From contig JAYWIR010000001.1 in NCBI GenBank assembly GCA_036172245.1, forward strand, positions 11,408,001 through 11,472,000: DNA of 64,000 nt, in the 5' to 3' direction. Every line of letters begins with the position of its first letter. The stretch's first letter is position 1. Positions 14,095 to 26,300 of the stretch are shown here, piece after piece. The notes beneath the pieces are model-generated. The model saw only the letters and a program-made list of their open reading frames with translations, did no database searches and had not been told where the DNA came from. This DNA is from Raillietiella orientalis (lineage: Eukaryota). A program made the position numbers and the translations under genes.

Positions 14095-14205
14095 TTGCTG
14101 TTGTTGTTGTTGTTGTTGCTTTCGGGATCGGCAATTACGTTACGGCCAGCGTGCGTGCGTGGTGCTCGGAAGGTGCTCAAGTGGTGGTGGTGGTGGTGGT
14201 GGTGG
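14095..14205. repeat. (TTG)n and (GTG)n microsatellites
   Basis: tgttgttgttg... at ~14095-14119; gtggtggtgg... at ~14181-14205. Confidence 0.9.
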
Positions 14206-16597
14206 GCCGTGCCCCGTGTGCTCGGGGAGTTTTATTTTATCGCCAGCCTCGGAAGAATTCTCTCGGGGAGGGAGGCCCGTCCGTTCCTCCACTTTGTTTA
14301 GGTAAATTCTATTTAATTTGCACGCGCTCCTTCGTCGTGTTGTCGACATCCTTCCTATTAATAGAAGTGACTTTTCCTCGCCGTTGTACTTTCCCGCTGG
14401 CGATGTGCACTGTACATTTGCCTCCCGTGCTTCTGCTTTCAGTCAAATCGTATTTTAATTCATTTGCGACTGGAAAACCGAAAACGCAGCGGGTGAGAAC
14501 CGAAAGGAATGCATTATGTCCTCGGGCAGGGATTCCTCCCACTTGGTCTGCATTTATTTCGCGATCGACTGGAAGACCATCATCTCAGAGCAATGCACTG
14601 AATCGTGGATAAGGTTTTGCGCCGCACAACCGCTTCAGTTTAGAACAAATTTGGAGTCGGATTTGTTTTCAGTTTGTCTTGGTTTTTTTTTCTTCTTCTT
14701 CTCTCTTTTTCTCCTTCTTTCCCTCCTCCCCTCCCCCTCTCCCCCCGGGTTGCTCCAAGATGTAATGCGTTTCGTTTCACATAAGTTCAGTTTTACAGGA
14801 GGCGTTTTGGTGGCAGTTTGTGTGTAGACACTTGAGGTACATCGGAACAAATTGTGTGGCTTATTGTCCTTTTGTTTGTTTTCGAAGGAAAAGCAACCCA
14901 TCGTTGCTTTGGTCCTCCTCTCTCTGCCTCCCACTATTTCGTTGATTGCTTGCGCTTGCAATCCATGCCATTCGTGCTTTGTTTTTGATCGCCTTTTGAT
15001 CTCACAATAAGATTTTCATTAATGATCACGTAGCAGCCAGCATGGATTCTTCGTTTCCATACGTTGGAAAACACTTGGCAGGACAAATTCCAAAAACCAC
15101 AGTACGGTACTGCGGTGCTTTCCTCTTAGCCAGGTCATTACACTCACGCACAAAAAAATGCTTTTATTTGGACCTTCGGTTTATTCATCGAACTATCATT
15201 CAGAAACGTGAATTTTCGATTAGTGCAGAAGCATACGGAAGAGAACGTAATTTCCACGTTTACGTGTGTGTGTGTGGAATGGACGGTTGATTTCTAGCAG
15301 TGGGTTTCTTGGCTTCCGATACAAGGAATCTTTCAAATTGTGGCACGAACCACCGCCAAGTTTTATTTGCCCCTGATTCTCCCGGAATTGCGCCTGTGGC
15401 GGTGGTTGGTGGGGATTCTCTTTTCCTTTTTTCACCTTTTTGTGATTACGGACACCACAACCACGTCTAATTCGAAACCAGGGTATGAAAATGGGAATCT
15501 CCAATTGGTAATAACAACGCTACTGGCAAGCTTACATTATAAGCATCTCCCTACCATCCCAATTAACGGTTGCTGTAAAGTCGAATCTTTAGTAGTAATT
15601 TCGTGGCGAATGCAGCCCATGCATTCGGGTAGTTGGGTGTTCATAATATCGAAGATTGCGTAGATGCCGAGCATTGCCAGTTCAAGTCTCTGTATGAATT
15701 CTATTTTAAAGTTGGTTTTTGGCAGAAAATGCGGATGCCTTCAGCTCTCCCCAATATGAATCGGGAAGATTGCTGTTTCGGTAAAAAGCATTCGTGTATT
15801 CCATTTCAGCTGTGCACCTACGACTATATGGTGACACTTATTCTTACTTAATTATAAAAATAGCAACCATGAGACCTAGTCGATTCGTAAAGCACGATTT
15901 TTCCTTTTCTTTTTTTTCTTTTTTTTGATACTCCCACATATCCACACAACACATTTGCTCTTTCGTTGTTTGCCGTACGCTTTTCGAATTTCACTTCAAA
16001 TGTTTCGGCCACCGATGTGAAAGTATTTGTTCGGGAAGCTTTTATTGCATTACACGCTTGTAGAGAATTCTGTTTCTGGAATCAGCGAACAAGATGTGCT
16101 TTTATTGCTGCTTGGGCGCCCATTTTCCGTTCCAGAAGTGCAGGGACGCTTCCACCGTTGGGTAATTTCTTTGAAGCGTATGCAAAATACGCTGCAATCT
16201 TGGATTTGTTAGTGCTAAGAAGTTTATGAAGCGCTAATGTTTCAGGCTGCGTTTTACTATTTATCGTATTATAGAGAATTTCATTTGAAACTGTGTTTTT
16301 TCTGACACCAGATACCGTTTTCATGTGTGTGTGGCCTTTTTCGAGTTGTATTGATGACATTAGCAGCGTACGCTGAAATAGGTTGTTGTATTGGCTCTTT
16401 AAGAAGTGGTACGAGGAAACGTTTACTTATCCGTAAAAACGCGATCATTTCTGGTGCTTTTATCCTTCCAGGATCGCGTCTAAGTTGTTCGTTTTGCAAA
16501 ACACTGCTGTGCAGTCTTGCAGCACCCACCACGCCTCCCTCGGCTTTCCTGATCCACTTAAATTTTACTTTACCAGATTCCAGGTCGGGTGAATCCG

Positions 16598-16639
<42 letters not shown>

Positions 16640-19600
16640 GTGTTTGTTTCGTGACTCGATGTGTTTGGAGATGAGGCGAGCGGAGATCGAAAATTGTCGA
16701 TTCCGTTCAGCAACATTCCGGGTAAAAAAAAAAAGAAAAAAAAAAAAAAAAAAAAAAAGAAAGGAAAAAAAGGATGGACTCCTTGTTCCCGTGACGATGC
16801 AGTACTTTATGAAGTAGGTCTCGAATATGATATAGTCCCCAAGCACTCGGGATCTGTGGTATTCAGCATTTGTTTTCCGTTTTCAAGTTCAAAGCGGTTT
16901 CGGCCAAGTTCATGTGTGGCACTTCAAACTATTTCAGTCTTGCCACCTCCATTCATCTGCGTACTTATCGTGCATCCATTTGTATTACAGTAAATATTGG
17001 GAGTGCACTTCCCCGATCATGTTTCATCCCTCACTAAATATCCCATTTCCATACAGCCGTATACAACGAGTGATTTGGCTTCAGTGAACTGGTTCGATGG
17101 CATGACGAATGTATATCAGGCTGACGGTTCGACTCCGAGGTCTCTTCCCCACCGCATTTCGAGTTCCGTGTGTGTGTGTGTGTGTGTGTTTCCTCACTGG
17201 CTTCATCTTTTCACTCAGATGGTTTTTAGAATCCACTGCTCTCTCTTTATCAGCTACTTTCTTTCTTGAATGTTGTCCCAGCTAATTTGTTGGGCAAATC
17301 GGATGCTGGATTACAGGAGCGATTCCGAATGGTAAACTCGAATCTGGTTTCGTTTTCGCTCAGGTTTTCGGAAGTTCCCTCTCCCTGCTCGCGTTGTTTC
17401 GCCCGGAGACTGCGTCTCCCTGTACCATCAGCAGGGTTCAAGCAGCACATTGAGTTATTATTTTTGACTTGGGTTACATATCGTTCGTTTATTTTCGTAG
17501 CCGTGATAGCTGGCTCCATTGAATCCAATGTAATAAATCGAGATCAGAGTCATGGGAAAAACGCCCTACCACATGCCTACTTTTTGAATACTGAATAATT
17601 ACTCGATAATTGAATAATTGTTTGCATTGGTGAAAGCAGTCCTCGTTGTCATGATCATGCCATTAAATTCCAGGTATTTTTCTCATGCCGAGGTGTAAAT
17701 TTATGGAAGTGTTTATTTATCTGTTGAACCCGAACTTCCAAGTTTGGAACGAGTTTCTTCTCCTCCTCCTTCGAAAGGCCCATTTTTTTTTTTTTTTTTT
17801 TTCTTCTACGCAAACAGTTGTAGAATTTTGGGGAATATGAATTCTTAGTAAATTAAGGCAGTCCCACAGTTAACACGCAGTTAATTTCTTCCAGATTTCA
17901 TATTTACTCGTTGGTCGTTTCTTTTTTATACAAGCGAAAATCGTTTCCCCAGCAGAGATGCGCTTTTCTTATATAAAAAATCATACCGTTGATCAAAGTT
18001 ATCAGTGTTCAGGTGAGCCATGGACCGAGACGAAACGTTTGTGACAGTTGCATTTCCTTTGTTTCAATTATGAAACTTCATCCTCCTTATTTAGGAAACT
18101 GTTGGAAATCTCCAGATTTGTGGTTTGTCGATCTTTCATATTTTCTTCATCGGTGCTGTTGCTACGATACGTTACTTTTCCCCTCTCTCTGTTTTCATTA
18201 TCACAATTTCTTGCCATCTTAGCGCCGGTTTTTTTTTTTTTTTTTATTTTAAGGCTGCCCAGATTACGGAAGTCGTTTAGAATTCAAGCTGCCCTTCAGA
18301 GTTTTTTTTTTTTTCCTCCCCCCTCCCATTAGAATTTTCGTTTCTCGCAATGGAATTTTTCAGGTATACGTTGTGAAGATGTACATTTTGATTGCAGCTT
18401 TTTCCCTACGCGTATGTAATTCGGATTCATCTAGTTTTTATGTGCCAGGATTTAGTCGTTTGTTTCTTCTGGATTGGTTCAGTAGGTTTTACCACAACCC
18501 AGTGTGTATATATATATATATATATATATATTTCTTCTTCGACTTCATGGTGTCGTAGAGATTGCATATTGACCACGTTTCCTGCTCTTGGTTCGGGTCG
18601 GTTTTGGATTTGAATGAAGGCCTTTCATTCAAAATCCAAAATCATTTCTATAGAATGCAGGATTTTTGCTTTTTCGTTTTCAAGTTTTTTTTCTTCTCCT
18701 CGGGAGGAGGAGGAAGAGGGTATATGTTAATGATTGATTTGAGGATGTTCAGATATTTCAATAGTGATTACGTAAGCACGAATAATATTCATTAATATGC
18801 TTCACGTCATATCTTTTTGTTTTCATAAAATAGCGCTTTTTTTGTTTTTTGTTTACATGAATAGGAAGGCTAGAATTCGTTATGTGTCTGCTTAACTGAT
18901 TTTTGAAAGTTCATTCTTCTTTCGATATGTTCGTTGGTACGAATACGAGTCGTTGGCTATGTGTATATGGTGGAGACTTTAATCGTTCCATTGCATTGAT
19001 CTTCTGAAGCATAGGATTGTGGGAGTAATTTTAGCTGTTTCGTTTATCTGGATTTCAAGAAAAGCATGGTAGCTCGCATACTGTACCAAGGAAACCATTT
19101 GCTTAACGTATGTTAGGCAAATTATTAAGCTTATGCGTTATCTGCCCTATCAGGAGAGCGTTCTTTGGATGCGGAACCATTCTGATCCCAGAGATTCTTC
19201 TTCCCTTCAATGAGGAGTTCATTCTGATCTCGAGAATTCCATGGTAAAACATGGATTTCGAAGATCTCGAGGAATCGTTCCATCCAAATTTACGTATCCA
19301 GATGTGCGCGTGGGTTCTGTATACGTTTCCGTATTTTAAAGCTGTTGAATGCGTATGTGGAAGTACTTTAATAATATCGTGGACGTTTTGGTTGCGTAGA
19401 TAACCGATGTCGTTGGCTGGTGTTCCATGTGTGTTCGCATCAGACGTTTCCCTGTGGTGCGCGCTCGCCTTACCACGTACTCACCTTGTATTGACCATGC
19501 ATTTACCCTCGGTCGGTCAGGTGTTTTTCACGTCACCACATTTCTATTCACCCGAAACAGGCAAGTTTGCGTCCGTTGATCTGCGTACTTCTTGTGATCT

Positions 19601-22600
19601 TGCAAGCATGTTTTCCTGGTCCTACTTATTTTTCCTAATGAGCTTAAGTGTCCGAAGGAACAGCCTTAAGTGTCGCCACTTCGATCTCGTCCCGTGGGTG
19701 GGTGCTTTTCAGTTCTGCCTTTCTTAGGTAAGGGTTCCCATCCTCCTTCCACAGCGAGATCAAATACTTTATCATCTTCACGTCGCGCCTACATTAAAAG
19801 GTAATGCGAAGTCTTGCGGGCTTTTCCCCTGTCTGCACTTTCCCCTCGGAGTAGCAGACGCTTTGTCATTCCTCCCAGGTTTCCAAAATTTTGTTCAATA
19901 ATTTCCGTTTTTAAAACTTGAAATTCTCTCCCGAAATGTCATTCCGTCCAGGCGTCTCTCTGCAGCATATCCTATAACCATATGAATAATGTAGAGGAAC
20001 AAACCATACGTGTTCTTTGGAGAAACTGAATGCACATTAAAAAACCCTAGTCGATTAGATTTTGAGCAAACTAACATCGAGATGTAGAATGAATTTTTTT
20101 TTTTTAAAAAAAAAAAAAAAAAATGTTGCATTTTTAGTTCGTTCTGCTTCATCTTATGGTTTGCCCACTCATTCGAACTTAATAGTGCTTACTGTTTCGT
20201 GAACTGCTTGTGGACATTATGACCAGTGCCAGTAGCTTCAGTCAATGGGTTCGTTGAAATGGACAGTCAGCCAAGTTTTAAAATTTGCGTTTGGTAGCCG
20301 TTTCGAATGAAAAGCCCTCGCCTGCTGCCAAATGCATAGTAGAATTTTGGTGGTTTTCCTCATAATTAAGCATTGTATTCTCGTATGGAACGTACGTAGG
20401 CGCAATCGTTCCTCGATGTGCGTGCATAAGTGTAGTAAGCTCATTGTGCAGAAGTCTTAAACCAATGCTTGTTCCTCAGGAGTGAAGACAAAGAGTATTT
20501 GCAAATTCATATGGGTCACCTTTGTCAGTTCGTTGCATCAGTGTATCCTCCTTTCGATGTACCTCGTTGATTTGTTTTTATCTAAATGACTCGGTTGCGA
20601 CTCGTTATGACTCGGCGTGTGCTTCCCCTTTTTTCCCTTCTTCTTCTTGCTTAATAAAAAGAGTGCATTTGCGTTGTGATCGTGCATACCCGGAACGCTG
20701 GCTTGAATTTTGTTTTGGATACTGGCTTGCCTCAGATGGTACGCACAGTGAACTTACTACGCCTCTTCAGCAGGTACTCAGAAACATTCAGGTTGGCTTT
20801 CGTTTCCTCCCCAGTACGACTTCACTATTAAAACCAGAGTTGTAATAAAAATTCTCCGCCACAGGTTCTCGGGAGGCTGTCGGATTTGCATGTGGTGCTG
20901 TCACAGAATGCGTTGCTGACGATGGGTAGATCGCACATGCATGAGAAGCAGGGAGGGATGCATGAGCTTTGGCATGCTCATTCTTGTTGGTGCATTTTAT
21001 GTACGGGATAGTCGACGGGATCAATTTTTAAACGCACATGAGACCTGTTCTGTCCGCTCTCGTTTTCCTCTGTAAGTGTTTGTTCGAATGGGCAATTTTC
21101 AAGTTTGGCTCCGGCGTGTGAAAAACTTTAGCAAACCAAAAAAAAAAACAAAAAAACAAAAGTTGCAGCATGGAACGCACCTTTCTCCATTCTTCTCTTC
21201 TCCACTCGTACTTTCGTACTTGTGATATTTTTCTTCTTTTCACGTATCCATACGATTACACTTTTGTATGTCTATATATATATATCCGCGTGGGGAAAGC
21301 ACGTGGAGCATTTGTGCACTGAAATGCAAAATTGGTCAGTAAGTGTTCATGAAAAAAGAGGAATAGGTTTTCACGGAAGATGGGTTTCTACGGTTCTAAT
21401 AAAATCAGCCCAATAGTTTCAGTTAGTTGAGATTAGAAAAGAGAAGTCCAGCGTCTTCCGCCTATTTTCAATTGCTTATTGCTTCTTGTAATCGGAATTT
21501 GTGTATCACTGCCAGGCGTCTGTGGCTGTCTGCACCTTTTCCCCCTCTCTCGCTACCACATATGTCATTATTTGTACATATCATCTTTTAGACTACCAGG
21601 AGGAAATCAGCCCCGAAATTTAATTCGTACCTTTGATCTCGACATCCTTGCCCTTGCAGTACATTCTAATCGAGATAAGGACATTTTTGCATTTTGTGGC
21701 GTCCTAGTTGAGAGGAATCCGAAATTCAAATGACATTTAAGGTGATGGTGCACCTTTAAAATCAGGCCATCCAGTATATGTTATGAATTAAAAAAAAAAA
21801 AAAAAAAAATTGTGATTTATGACGTCTGCCTTTCGTTCGGAATGGCTGTTTTCGATGTTTCACGGTGGTTTGGTGGAGAGCTGGAAGCTTAAGAGCATGC
21901 CAAAGACTGGACTTCCGTGGATAGACAGTGCTTTAATTAAACGTCCCACCGTGGCGTTACTGATTTTTCATGCACACCGTTTTCCAGAATCGTTGCATGG
22001 AAATAACCTTTCGGAGCTCCCGCCGCATTCTCTGTGGTTTGTGCAAAGGGTTCTTCGGACTCTTCGCGAAAGCACCTTCTCATGTGCAGGTTAAGGAAAG
22101 GGAACGGTTTCCGTCCACCACACCATCAGTGGATCGCCTTGCGTTCGCCACTGCTTGTTGTTTTTTGTTTTTTCCTGTCGAGCTGCTTTTGCAGGAGGCC
22201 GTCCTAGTTGCGTGTTGTTGTGACGCCTCCAGCAAGCCTTCTCGCAGGGAGCGTCCCGACAGTCCCTTCGGAAGGCACACCCGATGGGCAGGATGCACGT
22301 CCTCTCCGGTCGAGGGGTGCATCGCAGCTGATGCTGGGTGTCTCGAGCAGCGCGAAATGTCTGCGCCGGGACGGTATCTCCTTTTGATTAAAATCCTTGG
22401 CCCTGGATAAAACATTATCAGCCATTCCAAATGGTCCTCGTACGAACGTTTTTTTTTTCTTCTTCTTCTTCTTTTATCAGATGATGGGAGTGAGAAATTT
22501 CAGAAAATTCGGGCTTTTGCTGTGAGTGAAAAATGTACTCGTGTACATTCTCCTCCCTCCCCCCGAGTGGATGTGTGTAAGCTAGTTTTTGACAATCTTG

Positions 22601-22826
22601 TCCCGGGTGCATTTTCAAAATGCATTCATTTATTCAGTTTTCTTCCGACTCAGGGTTTCAGCCCAACGTTCTTATTATTTCTTTTCCTTGCGTCTGTTCG
22701 AACAGTTTCCGTGTTAAGCGTTGAGAGATGGGAATGCTTGTGAAAATTTGTTGTTCAGATGCTTTCTGTTATTTCAGGTGACACTGATTGTGACTTTTTT
22801 TCTTGTAGCGTGAGGGTGGACATATA

Positions 22827-22862
22827 ATGAGTGCGTATTCATCGATGGATAAACAAGAATGA
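22827..22862 (+). promoter_or_regulatory. Upstream ORF (MSAYSSMDKQE*) whose stop overlaps the BCL9 start codon (ATGA)
   Basis: ATG at 22827 and in-frame ATG at 22845; TGA at 22860-22862 overlaps the main ATG at 22859-22861. Confidence 0.5.
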
Positions 22863-23318
22863 AAGCTATAAACAAGGAGAAAAATGGTAAAACCTTTGGC
22901 AACAAAAGTGCTGGCAATGGTACTTCAGCTAAGGATACTGGAGATAGTCGTTGTGAACCCGACGTAAAACAAGAATCTTTGTCACTGTGTTTATTAAATG
23001 GTGATAATTCCCTTGAATTAAAATTGCCTTCTGGAGATACCATTAACAATTCTTCCTCTGGTTTTTCGAATAGTGGTCCTTCGAAATTGCATACTTCTCT
23101 TAACATCAATGCTGTCCCTAAATCGTTTGTTTCAACTAGCGGCTCTAATTTAAATAAAACCAGTTGTGTAAATATTACTGCCATTGCATCATTTAAAAAT
23201 GGTACTGATGTTCTGAATCAATCTCACGATGAAATATCAGTTAATCAGAATGGTGTTATTCCTGCCAAAGGATTGTCATCGAATGAGAGAAGTCTTTCGT
23301 TCGATAGCTCTTCGGATG
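22859..23318 (+). CDS. BCL9: BCL9/Legless coding exon 1 (Ser/Asn-rich N-terminus)
   Basis: Acceptor tttttttcttgtag ends at 22808; ATG at 22859; open frame to donor G|GTGAGT at 23319. Phase 1 matches the next acceptor (G|AT=Asp). Extra small exons in the 3.9-kb intron cannot be excluded. Confidence 0.7.
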
Positions 23319-26300
23319 GTGAGTCCACTCAAAATTATTTATAAATTGGCGAGGGCAAACGTTGGGTTTGGCGGCACGCGCAACTGCAGGCAAAAGTGTA
23401 CACTGACTTTTGTATTGAACGAAAGCCTGTATGTTGCTACAGGGAGAACGAAATCCATTTCGCCCATGTTTTTTGTATCAATGAAATCCCCATGATTTTG
23501 TGGTTGAGGGAGGAGGGCAGATGTGGAAGTGTCTGAAATTGAAGCGGGTAAAGCACAGATTCAAGTTGGGACACCCCCACCCTTTGATCGGCTTTCTAGG
23601 TTGGAAGCGAGTGCTTCATTTCAGTATATGGGTGCTTTAAGTTGCTTTGCGGAGTTCAGAAATGGTCCTTTTTATCTTGTGGAAAGAACTTCAAGACTGC
23701 TCATTTCGTGGCTATGCATAAGTGTGTGGTGTTTTCGTGATGGCATCGTTTCAGTGTCAGACCATCTTGCTACCATGGTGTTTGAATTTTCGCAGTTTCT
23801 TTGCATTGAACTTCAGGACTGGGGGAAATGCTTGTTAGCCAAGGGCAACGTGGGGTGTCTGCGAGGTTTGCCCAGAAGCTGTCTCCTCCGTTTGGTTCTT
23901 CCTTGCTGCATCTTTGCAACCTTCACATCGTGGCCAGGTTTTGCGCGTTTGGTGTGGCGTGGCTCAACACGGTATCAGACGAGGCTGCAGATTTCGGATT
24001 CTTTCAAGTGTTTCGAATTCTCGTGTTTTCCACATGCCAATTTCTGAGTATGTTTTTCATCCCGGAATCGTGGTGGCTCCCGGAAAAGTTTTGGAAATGC
24101 TCGAACAGCAACATAAGTGTGTTTAAATTCCAAAACCAGGGCGATAGTGTGAACCCGATTGCCTGAATCCCACATCACACATCAAGTGCATTTCCCAGAG
24201 CTTCAAAGTTTCTGGAGCTTGCGGAGCTGGAATTTTTTTTTTCTGTCTCGTGGTCCGTTATTTGAAGTACGTGTTTTACGATATAGGAAATTAGTTTTCA
24301 ATTTCTCCCACTTCTGTTTGAGGCGACGCAGGCAGCAGCGTGTTACCAGAATGCATTATTATTATTATTATTATATTATTATTATAACCATTCAAAAGTT
24401 TTTCGTTTGTTAGCTGCTTGGCTTGTCAGTTAGGTTTGCATCGGAGGATTTTTTCTTCTTGAAGCAAGGGTCCTCTTCCAGTAGCGTTTCCTTCTATTTA
24501 GTTTGTAATGGAAGTTCTTTGTCTTGATGTCGGGAGAGCAGCAGTAAAATTGCCAGAACGAAACATGAAATTTCATCATTTTCATTTTAAAACAGCAGAC
24601 CCCCCCCCCTTCCTTCTTTCGAGAATGACTTTGTAAATGTGCGCCACTTTTTCATGCCTTTTCATTTAGTAAGATCATCGGGAAGTGTCGTAAAAAAAAA
24701 AAAAAAAATCAAGAATGATTTTTGCCGTCCAGTTCGATAAAAAAAAAAAAAATTTTTTTTTTATAGCATTCCTTTTTTCTTACTCTGTTGGCTGGCATGC
24801 TCTGAATTCTTATGATGGGAAAGATTTTGAAAATGATTAATCATGTAATTATTGACCTTTTTTTTTTTTTTGTTGCTGCTGCTGCTTTAAGTGCTGCTGC
24901 CTTCCCTTGGAATATTTTCCAAGGGAAAAAGTGAAGTTTACATTCGGGCGAAAAGAGAAGACATGGATGCGCGCATGAATTCATCTTCTAAGAAACCATG
25001 TAACCAAAACGTTTTATTTCCGTCTGCCAAACCTCTTATCTCGTTGCAGTCTTTTCTGTTTTTGGCCCCGTTGATGTGATTTGAAAACCCAATAGACTGC
25101 AGAAACATTCTGTGGCTCCATTTCTGCTCTCTGCCTTGGGATCTTTGCCGGGTCAACGTTTGTCTTGTTCTATGGCAACTCTTCCTTGCCGCTGGATGTA
25201 CGCCTGAGGAATTGTTTCGTTTGGCAAAACTGGAATGCTGAAATGATTTTCCCTTTACGTTGTGTATAAATTAGCGTCTAATTGCTATATCATTGGAAGG
25301 GTAGCCTTTTCAAGTTCATCTCCATGCTGCAGCGAAAAAAAATGAAAAATAAACTTGGCAGAACGTTAGACGTTATTTCAGCCTGGCATCTTATGGCAAC
25401 TCTTTATGTTGCAAAGAATTCGCCCTGCTGTGGATAAAGCACGAATCGATTACCATGAAGCTACAGCCCTTTTTTTTTCACGCGCGCTCTCTTCTCTCTT
25501 TCGTAGCCTCCTTTCTATCTTCTAGTCTCTCTTCTTATATGCATGCTTGTCCTGATGTTTGTAGCTCTCCCACTTAAATAAGGACACGTGATGAGGGGAA
25601 GAGGTAGGAAAAAGAGGAAAAAGCGAACCGTTCTTAAAATCGGGTTCTGACCTAACCTCATCCCACAGCAGCAGCAGCATCGAAATTTTCCATTTGGATT
25701 CCCATTTTAAATTTTACTCGGTTCCTGTGCTAGGTGACACCCCCCTCCGTAATATTGCTGCATCCGAGCCATTTTCGCGTTAGTTTGTTTATTTATTGCT
25801 TATCATCTCAATGACTGAATCGTTCGTGTAGTACACATTTTACCCTCGTTATTGAAAAGACAAAAAATTTGGTCCAGACAAGAGGCGCATCGAGGCGGGT
25901 ACCGTAGCACCGTTCCCCCTAATAAAGTGCCGTTCATTTCAGTCTGTGCTTCAGTCACTCCTAAGTGTAGCACACAAATCAGGTGGTGCATTGCTGCCGT
26001 GCGATCGTATATTCTGTTTAGTGCATGTATGATGTGTAATTATCTTATCTTAGACAAGTTTAATTTACGATCGATGAACTTTGACCTTTTGTTGTTTTTA
26101 ATTTCAAATATGTGCTTTGTGACTCTGTGGATGAACGGTAATGCAGTGGGAACGGTAGCAATGTGCCCGTGATGTTTCTCTTGGACATGTGAATGTGCGT
26201 CAGAATAATATTTGAACATCTGGTGTTCTTTGGTGTTACCATGAGCACCAACAGTAGCAGCATCCATGTCTTCAGACAAACTCGCGGATTTTAAGAAAGG

